Assembly: GCA_022839105.1 (NCBI GenBank)
Contig: JALHDH010000009.1
Location: forward strand, 4,573-68,572
Origin: a bacterium
Lineage (GTDB): Bacteria; Vulcanimicrobiota; Xenobia; Xenobiales; Xenobiaceae
Direction: 5' to 3'
Length of the DNA stretch: 64,000 nucleotides
Under the pieces are notes generated by a model that was not told where the DNA came from, did no database searches, and worked only from the letters and a program-made list of their open reading frames with translations. Each line of letters opens with the position of its first letter. The first letter of the stretch is position 1. Below, one piece after another: positions 7,647-16,234 of this stretch. Both the position numbers and the translations under genes were made by a program.

Positions 7647-8744
7647 TCAGTCCTCGGGCGGAGACGGGGGAGCAGGGGGCGCTGGCGGGGGCTCAGGAGC
7701 CGGTTTCTCCTTGCCGCCCTCGTCCCCGGTGACGGCCCTGACCTGACCCAGGACGCTCCAGACCGTGTTGGCCACCCAGGCCCCGGCAGCCACGATGGCG
7801 GCCGGGCGGCCCAGCCCCATGGACACCGCCATGGTCGCCGCGCCCTGGACCGTCTGCAAGGCGCCCGAGACGGTGTCCGGAAGGTGGCGATTGATGGCCG
7901 AGGAGCGGGTCTTGCTGAGCCCGCCCAAGAGCGAATAGGTCCCACCGACCATCCCGAGCATCCCGTAGATCGCCTTGGGAGAACTCCCGCGGATGGCCTC
8001 CACGGTGTTCCACATCGCCCCCATGCCGCCGATGCCTCGGAAGAACTGGTCGTTGGCTTGGCTGAAGGCAAAGGCCTTCTCGAACTTGCGGCTCCCCCCG
8101 ACCTCGCCGAGATCGCTGGCCTTGCTGAAGGCTGGAAGCGCCGAGGATTCCCCGGCTGGAGCCGGAGAGGCCGGAGCCTGTGCAGGCTGGGGGGCCTGGG
8201 TCTCGGGTTCCGAGTGAGCCTGCTTGCGCTCCTGGAGCTTCTCGTGGGCCGCCACGCCCAAACGACCGACGAGAGCCGCAGCCGCAGCGCCTCCCGCCAC
8301 GGCTCCGACCAGGGCCGGAGCCCCCAGGGCGGGAGCCGCCACCGCTGCGTAGGTGGCCAACCCCTGGAAGAGCTGCAGGCTTCCCTTCAAAGCACCGTGC
8401 CCATCCCGATTCACGGCGGCCTGGCGCCCTTGGGAAGCCCCGACCGCAACGTCGATCGTCCCTGCGGCCAGCGCCAGGGGTCCGCTCAAAGACCATCCAG
8501 GCAGACCCGCCAACCCACCGGCCAACGCGTACACCTGACCCGCGCGCGCCGCCCCCTGAGCCAGGAAGCGGACGGCCGAGGCAGCGGTGTAGGCCGCTTC
8601 GAAGCCCTTGCGATGCTTGTCCGGGCTGGCAGCCTGGAACTCGTCCAGACCAGGGCCTTCCTGCGCCGAGACGGAGGCCTGCGGGGCGGAGGCCAGGGCC
8701 CGCAGGCTGGAGGCCGGGGTCGGGTTGGGCGTGATGGGATTCAA
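7647..8744 (-). CDS. Orphan Gly/Ala-zipper protein with two internal copies of a hydrophobic module, a Pro/Gln-rich linker and a Pro-rich tail
   Basis: TTG start at 8744 (MNPITPNPTPASS...) with AAGGGG upstream. Third codon positions are G/C-rich in this frame, and the competing frames are Arg/Gly/Pro-rich. Module copies: QVYALAGGLAGLPGW...AAPALGAPALVGAVAGG and AIYGMLGMVGGTY...SMGLGRPAAIVAAGAWV. No signal peptide and no family I recognise. Confidence 0.6.
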   Translation of the reverse strand: MNPITPNPTPASSLRALASAPQASVSAQEGPGLDEFQAASPDKHRKGFEAAYTAASAVRFLAQGAARAGQVYALAGGLAGLPGWSLSGPLALAAGTIDVAVGASQGRQAAVNRDGHGALKGSLQLFQGLATYAAVAAPALGAPALVGAVAGGAAAAALVGRLGVAAHEKLQERKQAHSEPETQAPQPAQAPASPAPAGESSALPAFSKASDLGEVGGSRKFEKAFAFSQANDQFFRGIGGMGAMWNTVEAIRGSSPKAIYGMLGMVGGTYSLLGGLSKTRSSAINRHLPDTVSGALQTVQGAATMAVSMGLGRPAAIVAAGAWVANTVWSVLGQVRAVTGDEGGKEKPAPEPPPAPPAPPSPPED

Positions 8745-8839
8745 GACACAAGCCCCTTTCTGGTGCTTCCATCCTGATGATACCGAGCCAGGAGGCTCAC
8801 CGTGTTAAAACGATGTGAAAGGGTTCCTGGACGGGGGGT

Positions 8840-10039
8840 CTACAGCGTCCGGGTCTGCACCTGCCTCTTCTGGGTCTCGCGGAGTTGCTCGAGGCGCTTG
8901 ATCTCGATCTCCACCTCCCAGTCCATCTGGACCTCCTTCTGGAGCTCAGGAGGCAGGGCCGAGATGAAGGCCTGCTTGTCGTTGCAGTTGTCGAAGGCGG
9001 TCTGGAGATCGATATGCCCCTCGTGATAGCGATTGAGCAGGGATTCCTCCATCGTGGTCATGCCGCTGGAAGCCGCGATCTCCATCAACGAATGCAGCAG
9101 GTGGGTGCGATCGTCGCGAATGATGTGCTTGACCGCCGAATTCGAGATCAACACCTCGGCGGCGACCACCCGGCCGGTGCCGCTGCGACGCGGAATCAGC
9201 CTCTGGCACATGATGCCCCGGATCACGTCGGTCAACTGGTGGCGCGCGCTGACCCGAAGGTTGTCGTCGAAGAAGGACAGGAATCGCGAGACCGTCTCGA
9301 TGGCGCTCCGCGTGTGCAGGGTGGCCAGCACCAGCGCCCCGACCTGGGCGGCCCGCAGGGTCATCGCCGCGGTCTCGGCGTCGCGGATCTCGCCCACGAA
9401 GATGATGTCGGGGTCCTGACGCAGGGCTCCGCGCAGGGCGACGTGGAAGTTCTCGACGTGGGTGCCCACCTCGCGCTGTTCGATCATCGAGCGCTTGCTC
9501 TCGAAGAGGACCTCGATCGGGTCCTCCACGGTGATGATGTGGCGCTGGCTCTTGCGGTTCACCAGTTCGATCATGGCCGCAATCGTGGTGGACTTGCCCG
9601 AGCCGGTGGCCCCTGTGACCAGGACCAGGCCGTTCTTCTCGAAGGCCATGCCCTCGAAGGGCCTGGGCAGGCCCAGTTCGTCGAAAGTCTGGATCCGGTG
9701 GGCCAGAACCCGCATCGAGATCGAAGAGCCGTGATACTGCTTGAAGACGTTCAGGCGGAACCGGCGACGCATGGTGGGGAACTCGACGGTATAGTCCAGA
9801 TCCCGCCCCCCATCCTCGTAGAAGACGCTCTTCAGGTAGCGATCGGTCAGGAGATCGATCAGTTTGTTGATCTCCTCCTGGGTGATGGGGTCGGGCTCCA
9901 TGCGGACCAGCTCCCCGTGAATCCGTGCGATGGGGGGAGAACCGGCCGAAAAATGGAGGTCTGAGGCCCCCTGCACCAAGGCGCTGTGCACCACGCCCCA
10001 CTCCATCAGGACCCTCTCGGCTTCGCGATCCAGGATCAT
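8840..10039 (-). CDS. pilT: PilT/PilU-family type IV pilus retraction-type hexameric ATPase (orphan)
   Basis: Walker A GATGSGKST, ITVEDPIE, QREVG, ALRQDPDIIFVGEIRD, LATLHT, and an AIRNLIRE-like AVKHIIRD. It has about 18 extra N-terminal residues and a roughly 35-residue charged, probably coiled-coil C-terminal tail. Confidence 0.9.
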   Translation of the reverse strand: MILDREAERVLMEWGVVHSALVQGASDLHFSAGSPPIARIHGELVRMEPDPITQEEINKLIDLLTDRYLKSVFYEDGGRDLDYTVEFPTMRRRFRLNVFKQYHGSSISMRVLAHRIQTFDELGLPRPFEGMAFEKNGLVLVTGATGSGKSTTIAAMIELVNRKSQRHIITVEDPIEVLFESKRSMIEQREVGTHVENFHVALRGALRQDPDIIFVGEIRDAETAAMTLRAAQVGALVLATLHTRSAIETVSRFLSFFDDNLRVSARHQLTDVIRGIMCQRLIPRRSGTGRVVAAEVLISNSAVKHIIRDDRTHLLHSLMEIAASSGMTTMEESLLNRYHEGHIDLQTAFDNCNDKQAFISALPPELQKEVQMDWEVEIEIKRLEQLRETQKRQVQTRTL

Positions 10040-10133
10040 CTCGCTTGAGTCAACGCCTTTCTGGAGACTTGCCCCTTCCTTCGCCGTGGGACGAGGAAAG
10101 GTCCTGCCCGGATCTGGCTTCGTGGCCCGAGGC

Positions 10134-10142
10134 TGCTATACT
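10134..10142 (+). promoter_or_regulatory. Candidate extended -10 promoter TGCTATACT for the 1005-aa ORF
   Basis: A TGnTATACT match in the 211-bp pilT/large-ORF divergent region, about 110 nt upstream of ATG 10251. The -35 is weak. Confidence 0.3.
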
Positions 10143-10250
10143 GGGCGGGAGACTCACCTTGGGGGCCGAAAGGTCTGGTCAGGCTGAAGCGCGTCTTGAC
10201 AAGGTGCAGGTGGGAAGAGGCTGGCTGACGGAAAGGGAAGACTCTCTGAG

Positions 10251-13200
10251 ATGGCGGGGCTGGGTCACAGGATCGAGACGAGTCTCCGGAGCCTGGTCCG
10301 GCGCCTGAAGAAGGCTCCCACTCCAGAGGACACGGCTCTTGTCTCCAACGAGGCCATGATCAAGGCCCACCAGGTTGACCCTGGCCAGGTCGCCCTGACC
10401 AGCCTTCTGGATGGCCGGCGCCTCTTCAGCATCCAGGGAACCCTGGAGGCCGCCCTGACCCGGGTGGAGGGCGAACGGGACACCGTCTTGCGCTTGCCCC
10501 TCCGGGATTCGACCGGAACCAGACAGTGGATCCGCCTGAAGGTCCTCAACACGGCCTCTTCGGGAAGTCCACCGGTCCTTCGTCGGATCCGCGCCGTGGC
10601 CATCCCCGACGGATTGGAGTTCCATTTCCGCTCGGACCGGGCACCCGACTCGGTCGAGGTCATCCTGGAGTTCACGCTTCCTCCTGGGCTCTCCGTCAGC
10701 GATTTCCGACCCTTCGAGGATCTCCAGCCGGTCTTCCGCGAGCTGCCGGGCGTGGCCGAGATGGCCTCCTACCTGCGCGCCTGCATGCATCAGCGGCGCA
10801 ATCAGTTGCAGATCCTCAACGATCTCGCCGAGAGCCTGCACTCGGCCCGCGTCCGCGACGCCGTGGGCCTGATGCGCCAACGCCGCATGGCCGTGATCTT
10901 CCAGGCTGCCCCCCTGAGCGGGCTCTCCGAGAAGCTGGCCACGCGTCGGGTGGAGATGTCGGGCACCATCCTCGGAGCGGCCTGCCTGGCCGCGGAGTTG
11001 GAGGCCGGAACCCTGGGACTGGACCAGATGGCGATCCTGCTGGAGGAGGCCATTCCCTACGAGCCACAACCCGGCGTCCTGGACCGCTTCGAGGAGATCC
11101 TGGTCCGGACGGCCCTGGGCGTCCATGACGAGTCCGAGGAGACCTCGCCCCTGGAGCGCGCGCTGGCCGCGGCCTCCCGGGCCCTGACCCAGGACTCGGC
11201 GCTGCGGGTCCTGACGGACCTGGCCGCCCAGAGCAAGGCCGGGGCCGCGGCCGGAGTGGTCCGCATCCTGCGTCGGGATCTCCGCGACTCCTCGGCGCTC
11301 TCGGACCGATCGCAACTGGCCCTGAGGCGGCTCCTGGCAGCCCGGGGGCGCTCGCTTTCCCGGGGCACCATGGCGGCCCTCTGCCTCTTCATCGAAGCCG
11401 AACTGGGCCTGCTCACGGGCGAACAGGTCGAAGACCTGATCCGCTCCAAGGACCGCCCCCCGACGACGGCCTACACCCTGGCCGCCGTCGGGGGAGCCTG
11501 CGACTTCGAATTGCGGGGTTTCCGCGTCCCCGCCGAGCAGATCCCGAGTCTGGTCGCCCTGGCTGAGGGGCAGGCCTTGATCCAGGTGGGGCAGGATTTC
11601 CTGACCCCCGACGAGGCTCCGGCGCTCCAGGCCCCCACCTGCGTGCTGGTCCACCTCCCTGTCCTGGAGAACCTGCACACCCGGGACCTGGAGGTGCTGG
11701 CCCAGACCGGACTGCCGGTCCACGCCTGCTACCGGGCGACCCAGGATCGCCAGGTCCTGTGGACGGCCTGCCCGGGACCCGAGACCTCCTTCGCCAGCCG
11801 CGCGCTGGGTCGGGTCCTGCCGGCGGCTCCCGAGGAACTGGAGGGTCGGGAATCGGTCCTGACCACCTGGGCGGATCTCCGGGGTCGAATCTCATTCCGT
11901 TTCCACGCCCGTTTCTCGGCCGAGGATCTCCTGGGCTCTCCCGAGGAACTCCGCTGGACCGGCGAGATCGTGGAACTGCCCGCGGCCGACTCCTTGCCCC
12001 CGGTCCTCACCGAGATGGGCCGCCACGAACTGTCGACCCTGGAGGATCCCGAACTCCTTCCTGAAGGTCTCACCGAGCTCCAGGCTGCCCTGGAGGGTCT
12101 GCGCGACGAGACCATGACCTCCCTTCACGATCACCCCCGCCTCCTCTCCCAGGTGCGACTGGGCCTGGTTTCCGCGCCCTTCATCCGGCTGACCTGCGAC
12201 GCCATCCAGGGCCAGGGAAGACAGGCGATCCTGGAGGCTGCCCGCCGTCCTGACGGGGTCCGGGAAGAGCTGCTGGCCCACCCCGCCTTGCTGGCCATGC
12301 TGGACATGGCGGAAACAGCCGAGACCGGTCTTCTGGCCGCCGGCATCGCCCTGGCCCCCCCTCCCGAGGCACGAGCCCTGGTCAGTCGGCTCCTCCCCAT
12401 CCTGCGAACCCACGCCGCCTCGACGCAGTCGACGGTTCGCTGGGTCGTGGCCCGCCTGATGGGAACCACCCTGGGGACCCTGGCCCCGGATGAAGCCCTG
12501 GCCATCCTCGAAAGGCTTCGCACCGATCCCAGTCGAGGCGTCTCCTCGGCGGCCAGATCCTCGCTGGTCACCCTGGCCCTGGCTCCGGTCCGCCCGGTGC
12601 CGGACCTTCTGGAGGTGCGGGCCAGGCGGACCGACCCCCAGGCCCGCAAGGCCGAGGAGGCCAGCCGACTGACGGCCCAGGTGACCGACCACGTGCGGGG
12701 TTTCCTGATCTTCCCCCAGGACCGGAGCCCAGGAGCCCGCTTCCTGGTGCGGGACGACCCGCCGCGCCCCCGCCCCTACCGGGACCGGATCGAGGCCCTC
12801 TGCGGGCTGGTGGCGGGCCTGAACCTGACCTTGCAGGCCGACCCCCGCCCGGCCCTCCTGGAAGTGCGCCCGGCCCTGGCTGGGTGCGAGGGCCTCCGGT
12901 TCCCCCTGGGTCCCGGAAGCGCAGCCGGTCCCTGGCCCCTCTCGGGTGAAGCCGTGGGAATGGCCGACCGGACCCATTTCTCGCCCTTCTTCGAGCATCT
13001 CTGCCAGGTGGCGGATCACCTGCCGCTCGAGGATATCGAGATCCTGCGCCATTGCCAGGATGGGGACGCCGAGATCCAGACCTACGACCAGATCCGGCTG
13101 GATTTCGACTCGGAAGACCCGCGCTCGTCCTTCCCCGAGAACCCCGAGGACCTGCGGGAGACGGCCCGTCGCCTGATCCAACGCCTGGGGCTGGCCCGCG

Positions 13201-13268
13201 ATCTGGAGGAGGCCGTGCTCCGGCTGCTCACCCTGCAGTGGCGGAGCCTGGGCCCGGGGCGTCGATGA
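10251..13268 (+). CDS. Large (1005 aa) hypothetical soluble protein, Leu/Ala/Glu/Arg-rich and probably alpha-helical repeat-containing
   Basis: The longest ORF with protein-like composition; both antisense ORFs (10179..11723, 11892..13181) are Gly/Arg/Pro/Gln-rich shadows. I found no catalytic motif. One HEAT-like stretch (..VRWVVARLMGTTLGTLAPDEALAILERLRTDPSRGVSSAARSSL..). The stop overlaps the acyP ATG (ATGA). Confidence 0.65.
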   Translation: MAGLGHRIETSLRSLVRRLKKAPTPEDTALVSNEAMIKAHQVDPGQVALTSLLDGRRLFSIQGTLEAALTRVEGERDTVLRLPLRDSTGTRQWIRLKVLNTASSGSPPVLRRIRAVAIPDGLEFHFRSDRAPDSVEVILEFTLPPGLSVSDFRPFEDLQPVFRELPGVAEMASYLRACMHQRRNQLQILNDLAESLHSARVRDAVGLMRQRRMAVIFQAAPLSGLSEKLATRRVEMSGTILGAACLAAELEAGTLGLDQMAILLEEAIPYEPQPGVLDRFEEILVRTALGVHDESEETSPLERALAAASRALTQDSALRVLTDLAAQSKAGAAAGVVRILRRDLRDSSALSDRSQLALRRLLAARGRSLSRGTMAALCLFIEAELGLLTGEQVEDLIRSKDRPPTTAYTLAAVGGACDFELRGFRVPAEQIPSLVALAEGQALIQVGQDFLTPDEAPALQAPTCVLVHLPVLENLHTRDLEVLAQTGLPVHACYRATQDRQVLWTACPGPETSFASRALGRVLPAAPEELEGRESVLTTWADLRGRISFRFHARFSAEDLLGSPEELRWTGEIVELPAADSLPPVLTEMGRHELSTLEDPELLPEGLTELQAALEGLRDETMTSLHDHPRLLSQVRLGLVSAPFIRLTCDAIQGQGRQAILEAARRPDGVREELLAHPALLAMLDMAETAETGLLAAGIALAPPPEARALVSRLLPILRTHAASTQSTVRWVVARLMGTTLGTLAPDEALAILERLRTDPSRGVSSAARSSLVTLALAPVRPVPDLLEVRARRTDPQARKAEEASRLTAQVTDHVRGFLIFPQDRSPGARFLVRDDPPRPRPYRDRIEALCGLVAGLNLTLQADPRPALLEVRPALAGCEGLRFPLGPGSAAGPWPLSGEAVGMADRTHFSPFFEHLCQVADHLPLEDIEILRHCQDGDAEIQTYDQIRLDFDSEDPRSSFPENPEDLRETARRLIQRLGLARDLEEAVLRLLTLQWRSLGPGRR

Positions 13269-13540
13269 GGGAGCGCCTGTGGGCCAGGGTGCACGGAAGG
13301 GTCCAGGGGGTCGGTTTCCGCTGGCACGTCCTGCGCCGGGCCCAAGCCCTGGAACTCTCCGGATGGGTGCGCAACCGGGCGGATGGTTCGATCGAAGTCC
13401 TGGCGGAAGGACCCCGAAACGTCCTGATCCAGCTCCTGGATGCCCTGCGACGGGGCCCTGCGGCGGCCCGGGTGATCCGGGTGGAGGAGTCCTGGTCCGA
13501 AGCCTGGCTGCAACAAGTCGGCTTCGAGGTCCGCGACTGA
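13265..13540 (+). CDS. acyP: Acylphosphatase
   Basis: VHGRVQGVGFRWHV...GWVRNRADGSIEVLAEG signature, 91 aa. The ATG overlaps the upstream stop by 4 nt. Confidence 0.85.
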   Translation: MRERLWARVHGRVQGVGFRWHVLRRAQALELSGWVRNRADGSIEVLAEGPRNVLIQLLDALRRGPAAARVIRVEESWSEAWLQQVGFEVRD

Positions 13541-13572
13541 GAAGAGCCCGCCGGCCGGAGTCCCTCTCGGCC

Positions 13573-14106
13573 TCAGGCCTGGGGATCCTCCCCGCTCGGC
13601 GAGAGCTCTCGCGAGAGCCTGCGGGCGTGCGCCCACTGCGCGGCCAGGTGGATGGTCAGGATCTGGAGCAGCAGGATCCCGACCTGCTGATGGAGAGGCA
13701 GGACGGGGATCAACTCCTGATGCCCCAGCATCACCGGATTCAAGCCGCTGAGCAGATCGACCATGGGCAGGACTCCCGCCCAGGACGGGTCGTCGGCGAA
13801 GCGCCCCAGGAGCCACCCCAGCAGGGGGAAGGCCATCAGGCTGGTGACCAGGGCCACGGCCGGCCAGTGCATGCGAGGAGCCACGATCCTCAGGACCTCC
13901 AGAACCCATTCCTCGCTGCCCTGATGGACTCGGGTCGCCTCCTCGACCTGGGCTTGAAGGGTCGGGTCGGCCAGCATCGCGATCTGGGCATCGATTCCGC
14001 CCACGAAGGCCCAGAGCAGGTAGACGCCGGCGACCATGGCCAAGGAGACCTGGGCGTAGATCGACAGGTTGCGCAAGGTCGAGGGAGGACGGGGCGAATC
14101 GCTCAT
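13573..14106 (-). CDS. Hypothetical integral membrane protein (about 4 TM helices)
   Basis: ATG at 14106; hydrophobic helices such as VSLAMVAGVYLLWAFVGG, VALVTSLMAFPLLGWLLG and VGILLLQILTIHL. No recognised family. Confidence 0.55.
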   Translation of the reverse strand: MSDSPRPPSTLRNLSIYAQVSLAMVAGVYLLWAFVGGIDAQIAMLADPTLQAQVEEATRVHQGSEEWVLEVLRIVAPRMHWPAVALVTSLMAFPLLGWLLGRFADDPSWAGVLPMVDLLSGLNPVMLGHQELIPVLPLHQQVGILLLQILTIHLAAQWAHARRLSRELSPSGEDPQA

Positions 14107-14259
14107 GCCGAGGAGGCTGCCCGCCCTTCGAGGCTTGACCGGTTGCCCTCAGCCCGAGAGATCGTCACGAAGAGCAGGCTCCTTGGGTGTTTCTTGAGAT
14201 TGGGCCCGACCTTCCGCAAGCGCGGCGGGGTTCCTCCAGGCGCCGACGAACATGGGAGC

Positions 14260-14901
14260 ATGGACAGAAGCGAACTTTTTCGTGCCACCTGGCAGGAACT
14301 CCAGGCCCAGGGCGACCCCGGACCGGTCCTTCGGAGCCTCGAAGAATGCTGGTCGGAAGACCACCGACTCTATCACAACCTCGAACACCTGGACTTCTGC
14401 CTGGCCGAACTCGAAGGGGTTCGCGACCAGATGGACAGACCTGCCGAGGTCTTCTTCGCCGCCTTCGTCCACGACGTGGTCTATGATCCCCGTCGCGGAG
14501 ACAACGAGAACCGCAGCGTCGAGTGGGCCTTGCGGGTCCTGGAGGAGGCCCAGGTTCCGGCCGAAGCACGCGAGCGCATCGCCTGGCTGGTGTTGGCCAC
14601 CCGCCAGGATCGGATCCCCGCAGAACTCGACGCCCAACTGCTCATGGATGCCGATCTCTCGATCCTGGGCCATCCCCTGGACGAATACGCCGACTACGAG
14701 CGCCGGATCCGCAAGGAATACCGCCACCTGCCCCGGATCCTCTACCGCGCGGGAAGGGCCCGAGTCCTCAAGCGTCTCCTGAAGCGGCATGCGATCTTCC
14801 TCAGCGAGACCTTTCGAGAGCGTTACGAGGATGCGGCGCGCTCCAACCTCAAGCGGACCCTGGCCAGCCTGAAATCCCTGCGAGGGCGGATCGGGCTCTG
14901 A
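14260..14901 (+). CDS. HD-superfamily metal-dependent phosphohydrolase-like protein
   Basis: YHNLEH...AAFVHDVVYD (H...HD) motif pattern. ATG at 14260, in frame within ORF 13279..14901, whose upstream part is not protein-like. Confidence 0.65.
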   Translation: MDRSELFRATWQELQAQGDPGPVLRSLEECWSEDHRLYHNLEHLDFCLAELEGVRDQMDRPAEVFFAAFVHDVVYDPRRGDNENRSVEWALRVLEEAQVPAEARERIAWLVLATRQDRIPAELDAQLLMDADLSILGHPLDEYADYERRIRKEYRHLPRILYRAGRARVLKRLLKRHAIFLSETFRERYEDAARSNLKRTLASLKSLRGRIGL

Positions 14902-14986
14902 ACCGGGCTGTCGCCGGTCATTGAGGCCCTCGCAAGGCCCTGCTACCATGTGCTGGGGCACTTCGCAGTGAAAGGGGGACCCGGCC

Positions 14987-15190
14987 ATGATCGGACCGGA
15001 GGATCGCGAGATCGACCTCGAGGAGCTGGAGGTCCTCTGCCCGCTCAACGGGCGTGAAACACGGATCCAGGTGCAGACCGACGAGAGGCCCTTTGAAGAA
15101 GCCCTGGTGACCTGGTGCCCGAACTTCGATGAGGCGCCGATCACCTGCGGGCAGCCCTGCCTGCACTACCAGCAGGCCCCTGCAGGCTGA
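14987..15190 (+). CDS. Small (67 aa) acidic protein with four Cys, hypothetical
   Basis: ATG preceded by AAGGGGGA. Acidic, non-shadow-like composition, with Cys at positions 18, 44, 54 and 58. There is no homology evidence, so it could be spurious. Confidence 0.35.
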   Translation: MIGPEDREIDLEELEVLCPLNGRETRIQVQTDERPFEEALVTWCPNFDEAPITCGQPCLHYQQAPAG

Positions 15191-15212
15191 GCGCCTGGGG
15201 GTCGGATCCTTC

Positions 15213-16181
15213 TCAGTCCTGACCGCCCGCCCAGGACTCGTACACCTCCTGGACGGCCTGGAAGCGCTGAGCCCCATGGGGATGGGTTCGGTGCTGCTGG
15301 AAGGCGGTCCCGGTGTGCTGTTCGATGCGGTCGATGAAGGCATACCAGCGACGGAAGCCCTCCAGGCCATACCCGGCATGGAAGGCCACCAGGGCGCCTG
15401 CCCGATCCGCCTGCAACTCCTTGGCCGGGGCCAGCCGGTAGTTCAGATGCTGCTGGATCTGCGCCTCCAGGACCCAAGGGGGGACCTGCCCCCCATACTG
15501 GCTCTGCAGACGCAGAGCCTCCTCGATCTTCTCCCGGGCGTGCCCCAGATAGCAGTGGCTCAACTCGTGGCAGACCCAGGCCGCCAGCATCTCCTCGAAG
15601 ATCTCTTCGGCCCGGCGTTGAGCCTGGAAGTTCAGGCCGGGCGGAGGTGGAATCCGATAGGGATTCTCGGGATCGATCCTGGCGCGATCCCGCAGGGGCG
15701 CCCCATAGCCCCCCTGGGTTGCCAGCGTCCCGATGAAGGCGGCCAACTGGTCCACATAGGGGGTCTCCAGACGACCGTAGACCGCGATGGCCTCCGCGAC
15801 CCGGTGCAGGGTGTCCAGAAGCAGGCTGTCCAGGATCACCACCCGGTGCCAGGCCACCCCGTTGAAGCCCATGTTGGACAGGAAGACCCCGTAGGTGACC
15901 TCCTCCTCGCTGTTCGGAAAGACCTTGTGCAGTTGGGGATTCACCCGCTCCCCGATCCGCGAGAGCACGGCCTCATACCGGGGATCCGCAGGGAAGTTGA
16001 AGAGGTAGAAGCGCCGAACCATCTCGTCGCGGGCCAGGAGCGAAGCCTCGATGGGGTCGGCCGCAACCGGCCCCCACCCCTGGGCCGGGGCCCTGCCGCT
16101 CCAGGCCAGGACCAGGACCAGGGCCAGCAGGAAGGCCCGCAGGAGGGCCCGCCTCGAGCCCGACTCAGCAAAGCACCTCAT
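15213..16181 (-). CDS. Secreted HExxH zinc metallopeptidase (M48/M56-like)
   Basis: HELSH motif within WVCHELSHCYLGH. Signal peptide MRCFAESGSRRALLRAFLLALVLVLAWSGRAPAQG from ATG 16181. Confidence 0.6.
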   Translation of the reverse strand: MRCFAESGSRRALLRAFLLALVLVLAWSGRAPAQGWGPVAADPIEASLLARDEMVRRFYLFNFPADPRYEAVLSRIGERVNPQLHKVFPNSEEEVTYGVFLSNMGFNGVAWHRVVILDSLLLDTLHRVAEAIAVYGRLETPYVDQLAAFIGTLATQGGYGAPLRDRARIDPENPYRIPPPPGLNFQAQRRAEEIFEEMLAAWVCHELSHCYLGHAREKIEEALRLQSQYGGQVPPWVLEAQIQQHLNYRLAPAKELQADRAGALVAFHAGYGLEGFRRWYAFIDRIEQHTGTAFQQHRTHPHGAQRFQAVQEVYESWAGGQD

Positions 16182-16234
16182 CCGCGTGGTGGGCCTCCTC
16201 GCGAGCACGCAATCCCTCTCCCCCATAAGACATG

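Noticed and set aside
10195-10200. Perfect TTGACA -35 hexamer upstream of the 1005-aa ORF
   Set aside because: No acceptable -10 hexamer lies 16-18 nt downstream (GGCTGG/CTGGCT). The TGCTATACT extended -10 at 10134 is the better promoter candidate.
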